Positions 51,101 through 63,706 of a DNA stretch of 64,000 bases are shown here, piece after piece. The notes under the pieces were generated by a model. The model worked only from the letters and a program-made list of their open reading frames with translations, searched no databases and was not told where the DNA came from. The translations under genes and the position numbers were made by a program. Within the stretch, counting starts at the first letter, position 1, and each line of letters opens with the position of its first letter. Source of the stretch: Anaeramoeba ignava BMAN (Eukaryota > Protista > Anaeramoebae); NCBI GenBank assembly GCA_028826165.1, contig JAPDFW010000063.1, positions 62,001 to 126,000 on the forward strand, read 5' to 3'.

Positions 51101-52897
51101 CAAATAAACAAAGAACTAAAAAACAGATCATTGAAACACTCGAGAAAAAAATTTCTAAACTCCAAGAAGAACTAAAAGCAACTCAACTCCAAAAAGGACA
51201 TTTTCTTCCTGAATCAGAATACAACTTAATCAAACAATCAGAAAAAGAAAAAGAAGAACGAATCCTTGATTTGCAATACAAACTCGAATTAAAAGTCAAA
51301 GAGATTCAGGAAAAAATTCTTAGTTTCGAGGATTTCAAAAAAAATTCTGAGCAGAAAATATCTGAAAAGGAAGAAAAAATCAAACAAACAAAACAAAAGG
51401 CAAATGAATTGCAAAAAGAAATGAACGAAAAAGAAGCTGAAGATGAAATTCTCGATCAAAAACTTCATCAATTATATAAAAATCTGAGTTCAAGAACAAA
51501 TGAGCTTCGTTCTGTTTGGAATAAAGTGGATAATGTTCAAAACGTCGTGATTTCTAATATCAATACTATTGATGAATGCAAAATCAATTTCAACGAAAAC
51601 ATTCAAAATATTCGCAATGATTTTTCTCATTTCCAAAACAAACAAAGAGAATTCCAAAATTCGCTTACTCAACAAATACAGAAAATCACAAATTTAAACA
51701 GCGATTTGATCGCCATTTGCCAAAAAGAAGTTCATTCTTCATTTGAATTGATAATTAGCTCAATTGATCAAGTCTTTAATTCTGAAAACCAAAAGGAAAA
51801 TCAATTTTCTCAAGTTTGGAGTAATTTTGATCAAAAATCAAAACAAGTACTTGAATTGATCAAAATCCATCTCCAAAATCAAGAAAATGCCCAGCAAAAA
51901 GCATCTTGATAGTCTGAGCCAAAGAATCTCAACTTTGACTGATCTTTTGGATGAAAAAACTAAAAACATTAACAATTTGATTGATTCAAACACCCATTTA
52001 GTTTCAAATTTTGTTTCAAATCAAAGAAATCAAACTGAAAATATTTTGAACCAATTCACACAATATTCTTCTCTTGTCGAATCTGAGAATGAAAAATTCC
52101 AAAACGGGATTCAAAACATCACAAATCAAATGGATCAAAAAGAACAAGAATTAAAGCAAAAACTTTCCAATTTTTTGGAATCGGAAATGAGTCAATTTAA
52201 TCCTTTAAGGGAATCAATTCGCCAATATGGAATTGATTTTAAAGAAAAAATCAACTCACAGAAATTTGATACTCAGCAAATATTGGGGATTGAACCTCAA
52301 AAAGAAGAGGAAGAATTTATGAGTAAATTCAATTCAACTCAAAAAAATATTCACGAGAATTGTTTAGAATTTGATAAAGTAATTAATGATATCCGAAATG
52401 AAAATTTTAAGAAAGAAAAAAATGGGAACGAAAAAATAATCAATGAAATCCAAAACAAAATTGATTTGAACATTCAGCAAACCCAAGAAGAAATCAAAAG
52501 TTTGAATGAAAAAAAGGATCAAGATCAAAAATTGCAAATCAAAAAGAGTCTTCATAAAAAAAAAGAAGAATTAATCAATAAAATGAAGAAATCTGTGGAA
52601 GAAAAAATGGAACAAATAAAAATGGAACAAATCAATATTGATAAGGAAGAATTACTTTCATCTCAATCAATGAAGATATCTGAGGATTTATTCCAATTTT
52701 CAAAACAAATTGGAAGTAGAATGATTTCTCAAAAAGTGATTCCAACTGGGAAAACACCAATGAGAAAAGAATATTTAAAAAATTCACCAGAAAAACAAAT
52801 AAGAACAAGACAGAAAACGAAAAGAATTTTTGAATTGATTCATGATATTCAATTTGATCAAGAAAATGAAGATCCACAAATAAATTTAAAAAATTAA
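48171..52897 (+). CDS. KIF11: Kinesin-5 (BimC/Eg5 family); exons 48171-48516, 48810-49326, 50864-52897
   Basis: IFAYGQTGS|[48 protein letters not shown]|[31 protein letters not shown]; BimC box PTGKTPMRK; frameshifts in the 5' microsatellite and near 51898. Confidence 0.92.
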
Positions 52898-53116
52898 ATT
52901 TAAAAAGATTTATTTTTTGTTTTTTTATTTTGAAAGAAAGTAAAACAAAAAGTGAAAAAAAAAAGTAAAGAATTTTTTTTTCTTTTTTTTGGAAAAGAAT
53001 TTGAAAGGAAATTAAAACAAACAAAATTCAAAATAGAAGAAAAAAATAGAAGAAAAAAATAAAAAATTTCTTTTTTTTTTTTGGAATTGAGGAAAAAAAA
53101 TTTTTTTTTGTTGAAT

Positions 53117-55987
53117 TTACAAAATTTGGCAACATTTGAATTTTTTAGTTGAATTTGAAGGATTTGCAACAACAATTTTTTTTGCTTTTCGAACTTCTCT
53201 AACAAGTTGAAAAAAAGCTTCATCAACATTTGTATTAGTTTTAGCTGAAGTTTCAAAATATGGACCATGAATAGAATCACCAAAAGCTTTTGCTTCGTCG
53301 TGAGAAACAACTCTTTGATTTTGTAAGTCTGCTTTATTTCCTGCAATAACAATTGGGATATCTTCAGTATCTTTAACACGACATAACTTTTTTTTTTTTC
53401 AAATTAAATCAATTATATTTAATAATTTTATAATTTAATAATTTAATAATTTTAATAATTTAATAATTTAATAATAATTTAATTTAATAATAATTTAATA
53501 ATTTAATAATAATTTAATAATAATTTAATAATATTATTAATAATAAATTTAATAATAATTTAATAATTTAATAATTTAATAATAATTTAATAATTTAATA
53601 ATAATTTAATAATAATTTAATAATAATTTAATAATAATTTAATAATAATTTAATAATAATTTAATAATAATTTAATAATAATTTAATAATAATTTAATAA
53701 TAATTTAATAATAATTTGATAATAATTTAATAATTTAATAATAACTTAATAATAATTTAATAGTTTAATAGTAATTTAATAATTTAATAATTTAATAATT
53801 TAATAATAATTTAATAATAATATAATAATAATATAATAATAACTTAATAATAATTTAATAATAATTTAATAATAATTTAATAATAATTTAATAATAATTT
53901 AATAATAATTTAATAATAATTTAATAATAATTTAATAATAAATTTAATAATTTAATAATTTAATAATAATTTAATAATAATTTAATAATAATTTAATAAT
54001 AATTTAATAATAATTTTATAATAATTTAATAATAATTTAATAATAATTTAATAATAATTTTAATAATAATTTAATAATAATTTAATAATTTAATAATTTA
54101 ATAATAATTTAATAATAATTTAATAATAATTTAATAATTTAATAATTTAATAATAATTTAATAATAATTTAATAATAATTTAATAATAATTTTATAATAA
54201 TTTAATAATAATTTAATAATAATATAATAATAATATAATAATAACTTAATAATAATATAATAATAATTTAATAATAATTTTATAATAATTTAATAATAAT
54301 TTAATAATAATTTAATAATTTAATAATAATTTAATAATAATTTAATAATAATTTAATAATAATTTAATAATAATTTAATAATAAATTTATTTACTGAATG
54401 ATGCAAATCAGAAAGATATTCAAAAGAAAGTCGAGAAATAACAGAAAAAACAAAAAGAAAACCATGTCCATTAGCCATATATTTTTCTCTCATTGAAATA
54501 TATTCTTCTTGTCCTGCTGTATCTAAAATATCAAGAACATAAGAAACATCGTCAATATCCATTTGTTTTCTATAACTTTCTTCAATTGTTGGATCATAAC
54601 TATTAAATCAAATCATTTAAATTTATTTATATTGATTTATTCAAATTTTTATTTAAATTATTTTATTCCAAATTATTTTATTCCAAATTATTTTATTCCA
54701 AATTATTTTATCCAGATTATTTTATTTCGAATTATTTTATTTAGATTATTTTATTCAAATTTAATTTATTCAAATTATTTTAATTCAAATTATTTAAATT
54801 ATTTTATTCAAATTATTTAGATTTATTTTATTCAATTTATTTTATTCAAATTATTTTATTCAGATTTATTTTATTCAAATTATTTTATTCCAAATTATTT
54901 TATTCAAATTATTCCAAATTATTTTATTTCAAATTATTTTATTCAAATTATTTTATTCAAATTTATTTTATTTAAATTTATTTATTCAAATTATTTTATT
55001 CCAAATTATTTTATTCAAATTATTTTATTTCAAATTATTTTTATTTAAATTATTTTATTTATATTTATTTTATTCAAATTATTTTATTTAGATTATTTTA
55101 ATTCAAATTATTTTATTTAAATTATTTTATTTAAATTATTTTATTCAAATTATTTTATTTAGAATTATTTTAATTCAAATTATTTTTATTTAAATTATTT
55201 TATTTTAATTATTTATTTCAAATTATTTTATTCCAAATTATTTAGATTTATTTTATTTCAAATTATTTTATTTCAAATTATTTTATTTAGAATTATTTTA
55301 TTTAGAATTATTTTATTCAAATTTATTTTATTCAAATTATTTTATTTTTAAATAATTTTATTCAGATTATTTTATTTTAATTATTTTATTTCGAATTATT
55401 TTATTTCAAATTATTTTATTCAAATTATTTTATTTCAAATTATTTTATTTCAAATTATTCCAAATTATTTTATTTAGATTTAATTTATTTTAAATTATTT
55501 TATTTAGAATTATTTTATTTAAATTATTTTATTCAAATTATTTTATTTCAAATTATTTTATTTAAATTATTTTATTTAAATTATTTTATTTCAAATTATT
55601 TTATTTAAATTAATTTATTCCAAATTATTTTATTCAAATTATTTAATTTAAATTATTTTATTTAATTTATTTTATTCAAATTATTTTATTTAGATTTAAT
55701 TTATTCAAATTATTTTATTCAAATTATTTCAATTTATTTTATTCAAATTTATTTAAATTTATTTAAATTTATTTTATTTATTTTAATTGAAATTTTAATT
55801 AAAATTTTAAACAGGAATAAATATTAAAAAGATAAGAAAATGATAAAAGAAAAGAAAAGAAAGAAGAAAATAAAACAAAATAAGATCTTTACTGATCCAA
55901 AAATTGTTTTTGCAAAAATTGAGTTGTAAGAGCACTTTTACCAACTCCTCCACTTCCAAGAACAACAAGTTTTACAATGATTGACAT
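53117..55987 (-). CDS. Ras-family GTPase; exons 55987-55893, 54599-54395, 53386-53117
   Basis: [51 protein letters not shown] end CCQIL*. Confidence 0.95.
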
Positions 55988-56445
55988 TTCCTAATTGTAA
56001 TTATTTTTAATTAGAATAATTATTCAAATTATATTTTTAAATCAAAAATAATAAAAAAAAAATTTGAAAAGGAAAAAATGAAAATTAAAAAATGAAAATT
56101 AATTAAAAAAAATAAAAAAAAAAGGAAAAAAAAAAAGTTGTTAAATAAATTGAGTTAAATTTTGTTGATTTTTCTCATTGTTTCCTAATTAAAAAATAAA
56201 TTAAAAAATAAATTAAAAAATAAATTAAAAAAATAAAAGGATTTAAAAAAAGAGAAAATTTTGCTTTTTTTCTCCTTTTTTTTTTTGGAATTTTTTTTTC
56301 TCCTTTTCTATTTAAATCTAAATTAAAAGCAAAATCTAAATTAAAAGCAAAATCTAAATTAAAAGCAAAATCTAAATTGAAATTTTTCATTTTTCTTCTT
56401 TTCTTCTTTTCTTCTTTTCTTCTTTTCTTCTTTCAAAAAAGCAAA

Positions 56446-58766
56446 ATGAAAAAAATAATTAACTTCCCAAATCTAATAACAATTATCATTTTAACACTAA
56501 TTGTTTATCAAAAGGAAATCAAAGCACAAGATTGTATATCAGATTATACAAAAATATTATTCTTTATGAATCCAAATTCAACTGAAATTATATTCTCATC
56601 AACAGGAAAATCAATTCCATTTGATTCAGGGAATTTTTGGATTTGTGAATTAATTCCAGATGTCCATTTTGCAATCGCCAATTTTAGTGTGAATTATACT
56701 GGTTATGAAATACCAGTTGAGTGGGGAATGTGTTTGCCTTCCACTTGCCATAACAATGATTCTGAACCTGCAGTTGAAATGTATGTTTCAATGATTCTTT
56801 CTGGAGCAACTGTTATTTGGGCTGAAAATAACGGTGTTTTTTTTTCAGATGAAAATAAGAATACTGAGTTCGATGGTTGGTCTGCTTTTGCTGTTTTTGT
56901 TATTCTTGTCTTCATCATTTTTGTTTTTGTTGGTACAGTTATCACTGAATTGAAATCTTCTCAAAAAAAAAGTTCTCAATTGGAAAAAAGTTCTCTTTTG
57001 GAAAAAGTTGAGAATGAAAACTCGGATTTGACTGTAAATTTTGATAAGAAAAAACCCAAAAGAACAGGTTGGGAAAAAGTGGAACGTTTCTTTGTTTGTT
57101 TTTCCATTTTTGAAAATTGGAAAAAATTGCAGATAAAACAAGGTTCTTACAGCCTGGCTTCTTTGAATGGAATCCGAACGCTTTCGATGTTTTGGATCAT
57201 TTTCGGTCACACAGCTGAGTTTATTTTGTCATCTATTGGTTACTATAATGTTATTTATGTCGCTGGTGATCAAGGTGTTGCTTGGAAGTGGCCTGCTCAA
57301 ATTATCAATGCTGCTGAGTTTGGAGTTGATACCTTCTTCTTTTTAGGTGGTTTTCTTGTGGCTTATTTAACAAGGAAGTATATGAGAAAGAAGGGCAAAA
57401 TACATTTTTTCAATTATTATTTTCATCGGTAAAAAAAAATTCCCAAAAAAAAAAATTCCCAAAAAATAAATTTTTTTTTCCTGCTTTTAGATTTTGGAGA
57501 ATTATGCCCTCATTAGCTTTTGTTATGCTTTTTTACACTAATCTTTCTTATCTTTTGGGAAACGGTCCATATTTTTTCAAAATACTTCCAACAATTCATA
57601 ATTGCAAAGATTATTGGTATTCATCATTGTTCTTCTTCTGCAATTTCTATCCAAAAGATTTTGATGATATTTGTATGGGTTGGGTTTGGTACCTCGCAAA
57701 CGACATGCAATTTTATATTATAACTCCAATAATTCTTTATGCTTTCCATTGGAAAAAAATATTTGGATGGATTTTAATTGGTTTGTTACTCTTGATTTCT
57801 TTTGCAATCAATTTAGCTCTTGCTATTTATTACAAATTCAACTTCTGCGTTACTGATGATGATTACAATAAATATTTGGATTATATCTATGAAAAACCTT
57901 ATACAAGAATCCCCATTTATTTGGTTGGAATTGCTTTGGCTTTTGCTGTTGAAATTGGAGAGGATTATTTGAATAAAAAAAAGCTTTCTTTTGATCCAAA
58001 TGTCGAACAAAACGAACAATTTGATTATGAAAAACTTCAAGATGAAAAAAAAAATTTAATTGAAGAACAAATTGATAATTTGGATAGTGAAACAACTGAT
58101 GAAGATGAAGATCAAAAGGAGAATGAAAGTGAGAATGAAAATGAAAATGAAAATGAAAATGAAAATGAAAAAAAGATAATTCAAGAGAAGAAGGAATTAG
58201 AATCAAGATTGAAAACAAAAAAAGAAACGGATCAAAAAAACATTCCACAAAAAAATCCCGAAGCAGAAACGAAGGCAGAATTTCTTCAACAACTTAATAT
58301 TCCAGCTTGGATTCGAGTTTTGATTTATTTCATTTCATTGTTTTTGCTTGTTTTCCTAGTTTTTTATCCCTATTCTAACTACAAAGATCAAGGCAAAAAT
58401 TGGGGAGTTACAACAAATGCAATTTACATTACTTTTTCAAGATTTTTATGGGGATTTGCAATGGCAATTGTTCTTTTTATGTGGATTTTGAATGCAAACT
58501 ATGGATTTTATATTCGAAGATTTCTTTCTTGGGAAATTTGGACACCTTTTGCCCGTTTAACTTATAATGCTTATTTGTTTCATCCTATTATTAATAAAAT
58601 TGTTAATGGTAGTAGTCGTAGGTTGTTTTCTTATGATGGTGTTGCAATGACTTGGGGTACTATTACTTTGGCTGCTTCTAGTTATTTTGCTGCTATTATT
58701 TTATATTTAGTTGTTGAACGACCTTTTATGAATTTAGAGAAAATAATATTTCCACAAAGCAATTAA
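56446..58766 (+). CDS. NRF-6-like membrane O-acyltransferase (acyltransferase-3 family); intron 57429-57490
   Basis: Signal peptide, WGMCLPSTC (NRF domain), LNGIRTLSMFWIIFGH, GVDTFFFLGG, HR|FWRIMP, WYLANDMQFY, YEKPYTRI, RLTYNAYLFHP, VERPF. Confidence 0.92.
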
Positions 58767-59570
58767 AATCTGAATCAAAATCTAATTTAAAATTGAAATC
58801 AAAATCTAAATTAAAATCTAAATTAAAATTAAAATTAAAAGCAAAATTAAAATCTAAATTAAAATCTAAATTAAAATCTAAATTAAAATCTAAATCTAAA
58901 TCTAAATTAAAATCTAAATTAAAATTTAAATTAAAAGCAAAATTAAAATCTAAATTAAAATTCATTCCAAAATTCAAATTCATTCCAAAATTAAAATTCA
59001 TTCCAAAATTCAAATTCATTCCAAAATTCAAATTAAAATTAAAATCTAAATCAAAATCTAAATTAAAATTAAAATTAAAATTAAAAGTAAAATCTAAAGC
59101 AAAATCTAAATCTAAATTAAAATTAAAATTAAAATTAAAATCTAAATTAAAATTCATTCCAAAATTCAAATTCATTCCAAAATTCAAATTCATTCCAAAA
59201 TTCAAATTCATTCCAAAATTCAAATTCATTCCAAAATTCAAATTCATTCCAAAATTCAAATTAAAATCTAAATTAAAATTAAAAGCAAAATTAAAAGCAA
59301 AATCTAAATTAAAATCTAAATCTAAATCTAAATTAAAATTAAAAGCAAAATTAAAAGCAAAATTAAAAGCAAAATTGAAATCTAAATCAAAATCTAAATT
59401 GAAATCTAAATTGAAATCTAAATTCAAATTAAAATTCATTCTAAAATTAAAATCTAAATTAAAATCTAAATTAAAATTAAAATTAAAATTAAAATCAAAA
59501 TCTAAATTCAAATTCATTTCAAATTCATTTCAAAATCAAAATCAAAATTCATTTCAAAATCAAAATGAAA
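58767..59570. repeat. Compound hexamer/18-mer satellite (TTAAAA, TCTAAA, GCAAAA, TTCATTCCAAAATTCAAA)
   Basis: Visible; explains spurious ORFs 58726-59517 and 58793-59590. Confidence 0.9.
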
Positions 59571-59677
59571 AATTCTTTTTTTTCTTTTAATTCATTTTTT
59601 CTCACTTTAAATAAAAAAAAATTTTTTGAAATAATTTTTTTCATTTTTTTCTTTTTGATTTTTTTTTAAAAATAATA

Positions 59678-61915
59678 ATGGAATCAGCAAAAATATATGA
59701 AGTTTATTTAAACATTTATGATTTAAGCATGGGATTAGCAAGAACATTATCTCCTATGATAATTGGGAAACAAATTAACGGAATATGGCACACAGGTGTA
59801 GTTGTTTACGGCAGTGAATTTTTTTTTGGGGGAGGAATTTGTCAAGGAACACCCAGTAAAACACCATTTGGAGCACCCGTTAGAACAGTTAAAATTGGGG
59901 AAACAAGCATTTCTCAAGATATTTTTATTGAATTTCTTAGAAGCATTTCGGATCGTTTTTCGTTCCAAAAATACAATTTATTCACAAACAACTGCAGCAA
60001 TTTTTCTGATGAAGTGTGTTTGTTTTTGACAGGAAAATCAATACCAAATGAAATCACAGGATTGCCACAAGAAGTCTTAAATACGCCACTAGGTCAAATG
60101 ATTTCGCCTTTTGTTGATTCTTTAACTCAAATGATGGGAACAAATGAAGATTTCGGCGATTTTCCTGAAGTTCCAATAATCATTCCTCCACAAAATCAGC
60201 CGTTATTAGGCCGACAAAATACATCACCTTTTTCTCAACAAAATCAATTCTCAAATCCTTTTGGTTTTCCTCAACAAAATCAATTATCAAATGCAAGAAA
60301 TTTTATGTCAAATCAAAATAATCAAAATTCTCAAAAAAATCAAAATAATCAAAATTCTCAAAATAATCAAAATAATCAAAATAATCAAAAAAATCAAAAT
60401 TCTCAAAATAATCAAAAAAATCAAGAGCAAAATCCATTCATTTCCAAAACAAATTTAATCCAAAAATTCCCAAATTTAAAACATACTTTTTCTTTTTCTG
60501 AACCACAACTGTTTTTATCACAAAATCACAAGCAAATATTCGAAGATCTTCTTGTTTTACCAACAATTTCTCCAAAAGAAAAAAACACTTTTGAATTCTT
60601 ACAAAAAGCATTTAATTCCAAAGAAAACATCCAATTCAATGTAGTTAAAAATGCTTTAATTTTTGAACAAGAACAATTTTCATTGGATTCCATTTTGCTT
60701 GCAATTAAGTCCACTTTTACTCAATTAGAACAAGCAAATCCGTCTCCAATTTTGGACTTGATTGGATATTTACTTACATTTAAACCGATCAATTTGTTTT
60801 TTCTCAAAAATTTTGATGCAAATTCCTTTTTATTTCGAAATATTATTCGAGGTTTTAATCAAAATATGGATCTCATTTCTCAATCAGAATCCAAGATGAA
60901 ATTAGTCACTTCTGCACAAATATCAACAATAATAAAGATGCTTCGACTTGAATGCAATGTTTTTTCAAATTACGAATCGATTTATTTATTGAAGAAAAAT
61001 ATAAATTTAATTAAAATTTTATCACAAACAGTGAATCCATCTTTATTATTTGGATTTTCCTCACAAACCAGTGAAAGAATCAGTCTTCTTCAAGCAGCAG
61101 GATCTTTAGTATTGAATATTTCAATGATACTTTTCTCACTGAAGCAAGATTCAGAAGATATTGATGAAGAGATTTCTTTTCCATTAATAACAGTCTTGAT
61201 TCATATTTTATCTTCAAATTCCTTTTTAGAAAACTTTGGACCAGATGAAGATATTATTATTTATCATCTAATTCTTTCCCTCAATAAAATCCTTTGGAAT
61301 CAACCAGATTCTATTGATCTTGCTAATGTTCTTGGTTTGGATCTTAATTCTTGGTTAGGTTCAACTAATAATAGGTTCAACTTAATAAAAAGAAATCTAA
61401 AAACAGATTTAAAACATAAATTTAAAAGAATAAATAAATTAAAAAATTTAAATTTAAAAGAATTTGCTTTGGAAAATAATTAATAAATAAAAGAATTTTG
61501 AAATGATTTTTCAAAACATTTAAAAAATTAATAAATTTAAAAGAATAAAACAAGAAATTTAAAAACAAATTTAAAACAATTTAAAAGAATTAATAAATTT
61601 AAAAAAATTAATAAATTTAAAAGAATTAATAAATTTAAAAGAATTAATAAATTTAAAATAATTATTGGAAAAGTGGAACAGAATCTTGAATAAATAAAAC
61701 TAATAAATTTAAAAGAATTAATAAATTTAAAATAAATTTAAAAGAATTAATAAATACAAAAGAATTAATAAATTTAAAAGAATTAATAAATTTAAAAGAA
61801 TTAATAAATTTAAAAGAATTAATAAATTTAAAATAAATTTAAAAGAATTAATAAATTTAAAAGAATTAATAAATACAAAAGAATTATTGGAAAAGTGGAA
61901 CAGAACCTTGAATAA
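59678..61915 (+). CDS. PPPDE/DeSI peptidase (deSUMOylase/deubiquitinase) with Q/N linker and probable PUL domain; likely terminal exon 61882-61915
   Basis: VYLNIYDLS.GLAR.LS, GIWHTGVVVYGSEFFFGGGI (catalytic His), YNLFTNNCSNFS (catalytic Cys), LPQEVLNTPLG; donor AG|GT at 61375 in phase with AG|AATTATTGGA gives ..TNNRIIGKVEQNLE*. Confidence 0.88.
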
Positions 61916-62037
61916 ATAATTATTTTTTTCTCCTTTTAAATCTTTTTTTTTTTTTCTCCTTTTCTTGTTTTTATTTAAATTTTTTTTTAATTTTCATTTT
62001 TTTTTTTTCATTATTTTTGTATATTGAAAACTTAATA

Positions 62038-63498
62038 ATGGAAGTTTTACGTTCAATTTTTGAAAATTTAAATGATGGAATACTAAATGCAGCTTTACAA
62101 ATGGCAGGAGGAAATGTAGAAGTTGCAATTGAATATTTAGTTAATCCAGAAATACTTTTAACTTTACAAGAAGCATTAAACATACAAGAAAATGAATCTG
62201 ATAATGAAATTGACAACCAAAGCGATAATGAAGATCATAATCAAAATCCTAATCAAATTGACATTGACGTTAACCAAATTCAGCAAGCAAACCCTATTAA
62301 TCTTGACATTAATCACCAACAAAACCCAAATGATGGTGACATTAATCAACAACAAAATATTGGCGTTAATCACCAACAAAACCCAAATGATGGTGACATT
62401 GACCATCAAGAAATCCAAGAACATATTCATAATGAAATTCACGAAGACCAAAATAACGGTCAAATAAATAATATCCAAGAACCTGCTATGGAAGTTGAAA
62501 ATCAAAATATTAATGCGGATTTGGATGGAAACGAAGATCAAAATGAAGATGAAAATTTAAATCGAAATTTAAATGAACGTCAAAGATTCATTGGTTTTTT
62601 TGAAAATTTAATCAGAGGATTGCAACAAGATCAACAACAAGCACAAATACAAATTAACCGCAATGAACATCAGCATCAACATCAGCATCAACATCCCAAA
62701 GACACACTTACTCAAACAACGCCTACAGAAGGAGAAAAAGCGTTTATGTCAAAATTTGATGAAGAAATTTTCAGAAAAACAGCTTTGCAATTGGTGAACA
62801 TCAGCCCATCAAAACTCAGATACACCAGCATAGCTATTTATCAAAACATCAACGATCCAGTTCTGGCAAATATTCTGGAAAACAACCCGCAAAGCGGATA
62901 CTGGATCTGCTTTTTCTCATTTACAGAAATTGATTATATTTGGAAAACAATCGTGAATTCTCAACTTGCCAGCAAAGCATTTGGTCAAATTATTCAGTTC
63001 CAAATTGAAAAAAAAAGCAGGAGTTTGACTGCTAGACAGAAAAGAAAATTTTCTGTAAAAGTGTTTGTTTCGGATTCATTAAATATTCCTGAAATTGTTC
63101 GTGTTGGGACTTTATTTTATTCAAAATTATCAATTTCAAAACCAATTTATTTTGTTCCAAATTCATCTTCAAAAAAAGAAAAAACAGACAAAGAAATATC
63201 AATACCAAACCCGCAAAATATGGTTTCAAAAACTGTAAATATGAACGGTTTAAATTATGTTTATTTGGTTCGCGAAGAAAATGAAGAAGTTCACAAAAAA
63301 ACCCAAAATAATCATAATAAATCTTTTAAAAGCAAAATTGAAATTATTGAAAATAGCCAATATAAACTTATTAAAAAAGAAAATAAGAAGGAGAAAAAAA
63401 CCAAAAATTCATCAATTACTGATGAGTTTCAACTTTTATATCGCGATCCAAATTCAAACTCAAAATCTTGGCTTGTAGTTCAAAATTCTTTTATTTAA
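62038..63498 (+). CDS. CUE/UBA-domain protein with C-terminal DUF1917 (C11orf68/Bles03, eIF4E-like fold)-like domain
   Basis: MEVLRSIFENLNDGILNAALQMAGGNVEVAIEYL (CUE-like); SGYWICF..EIDYIWKTI..VKVFVSDSLNIPEIVRVG..PIYFVPN resembles the DUF1917 pattern from recall. Confidence 0.6.
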   Translation: MEVLRSIFENLNDGILNAALQMAGGNVEVAIEYLVNPEILLTLQEALNIQENESDNEIDNQSDNEDHNQNPNQIDIDVNQIQQANPINLDINHQQNPNDGDINQQQNIGVNHQQNPNDGDIDHQEIQEHIHNEIHEDQNNGQINNIQEPAMEVENQNINADLDGNEDQNEDENLNRNLNERQRFIGFFENLIRGLQQDQQQAQIQINRNEHQHQHQHQHPKDTLTQTTPTEGEKAFMSKFDEEIFRKTALQLVNISPSKLRYTSIAIYQNINDPVLANILENNPQSGYWICFFSFTEIDYIWKTIVNSQLASKAFGQIIQFQIEKKSRSLTARQKRKFSVKVFVSDSLNIPEIVRVGTLFYSKLSISKPIYFVPNSSSKKEKTDKEISIPNPQNMVSKTVNMNGLNYVYLVREENEEVHKKTQNNHNKSFKSKIEIIENSQYKLIKKENKKEKKTKNSSITDEFQLLYRDPNSNSKSWLVVQNSFI

Positions 63499-63706
63499 TT
63501 ATAATTATTATCCAAAAAAACAAAAAAACAAAAAAACAAAAGAAAATTCAATTCAATTCAATTCAATCAAATTGAATTTAAAACTATTTTTGAAACTTTT
63601 TCTGATTATTTTTTGATGTTACACAAAAAAAATAAAAAATAAAAAATAAAAAATAAAAAAATCAATTAAAAAGTGGAACAAAAAATATTTTTGCTTTTTT
63701 TTTTTT

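Noticed and set aside
52900-53379. 159-aa minus ORF, and 63619-63918
   Set aside because: Wrong-frame overlaps of the Ras last exon and the Rab 3' end
58726-59590. ORFs of 263 and 265 aa (NFNLDF / KSKLKL)
   Set aside because: Stop-free translations of hexamer satellite
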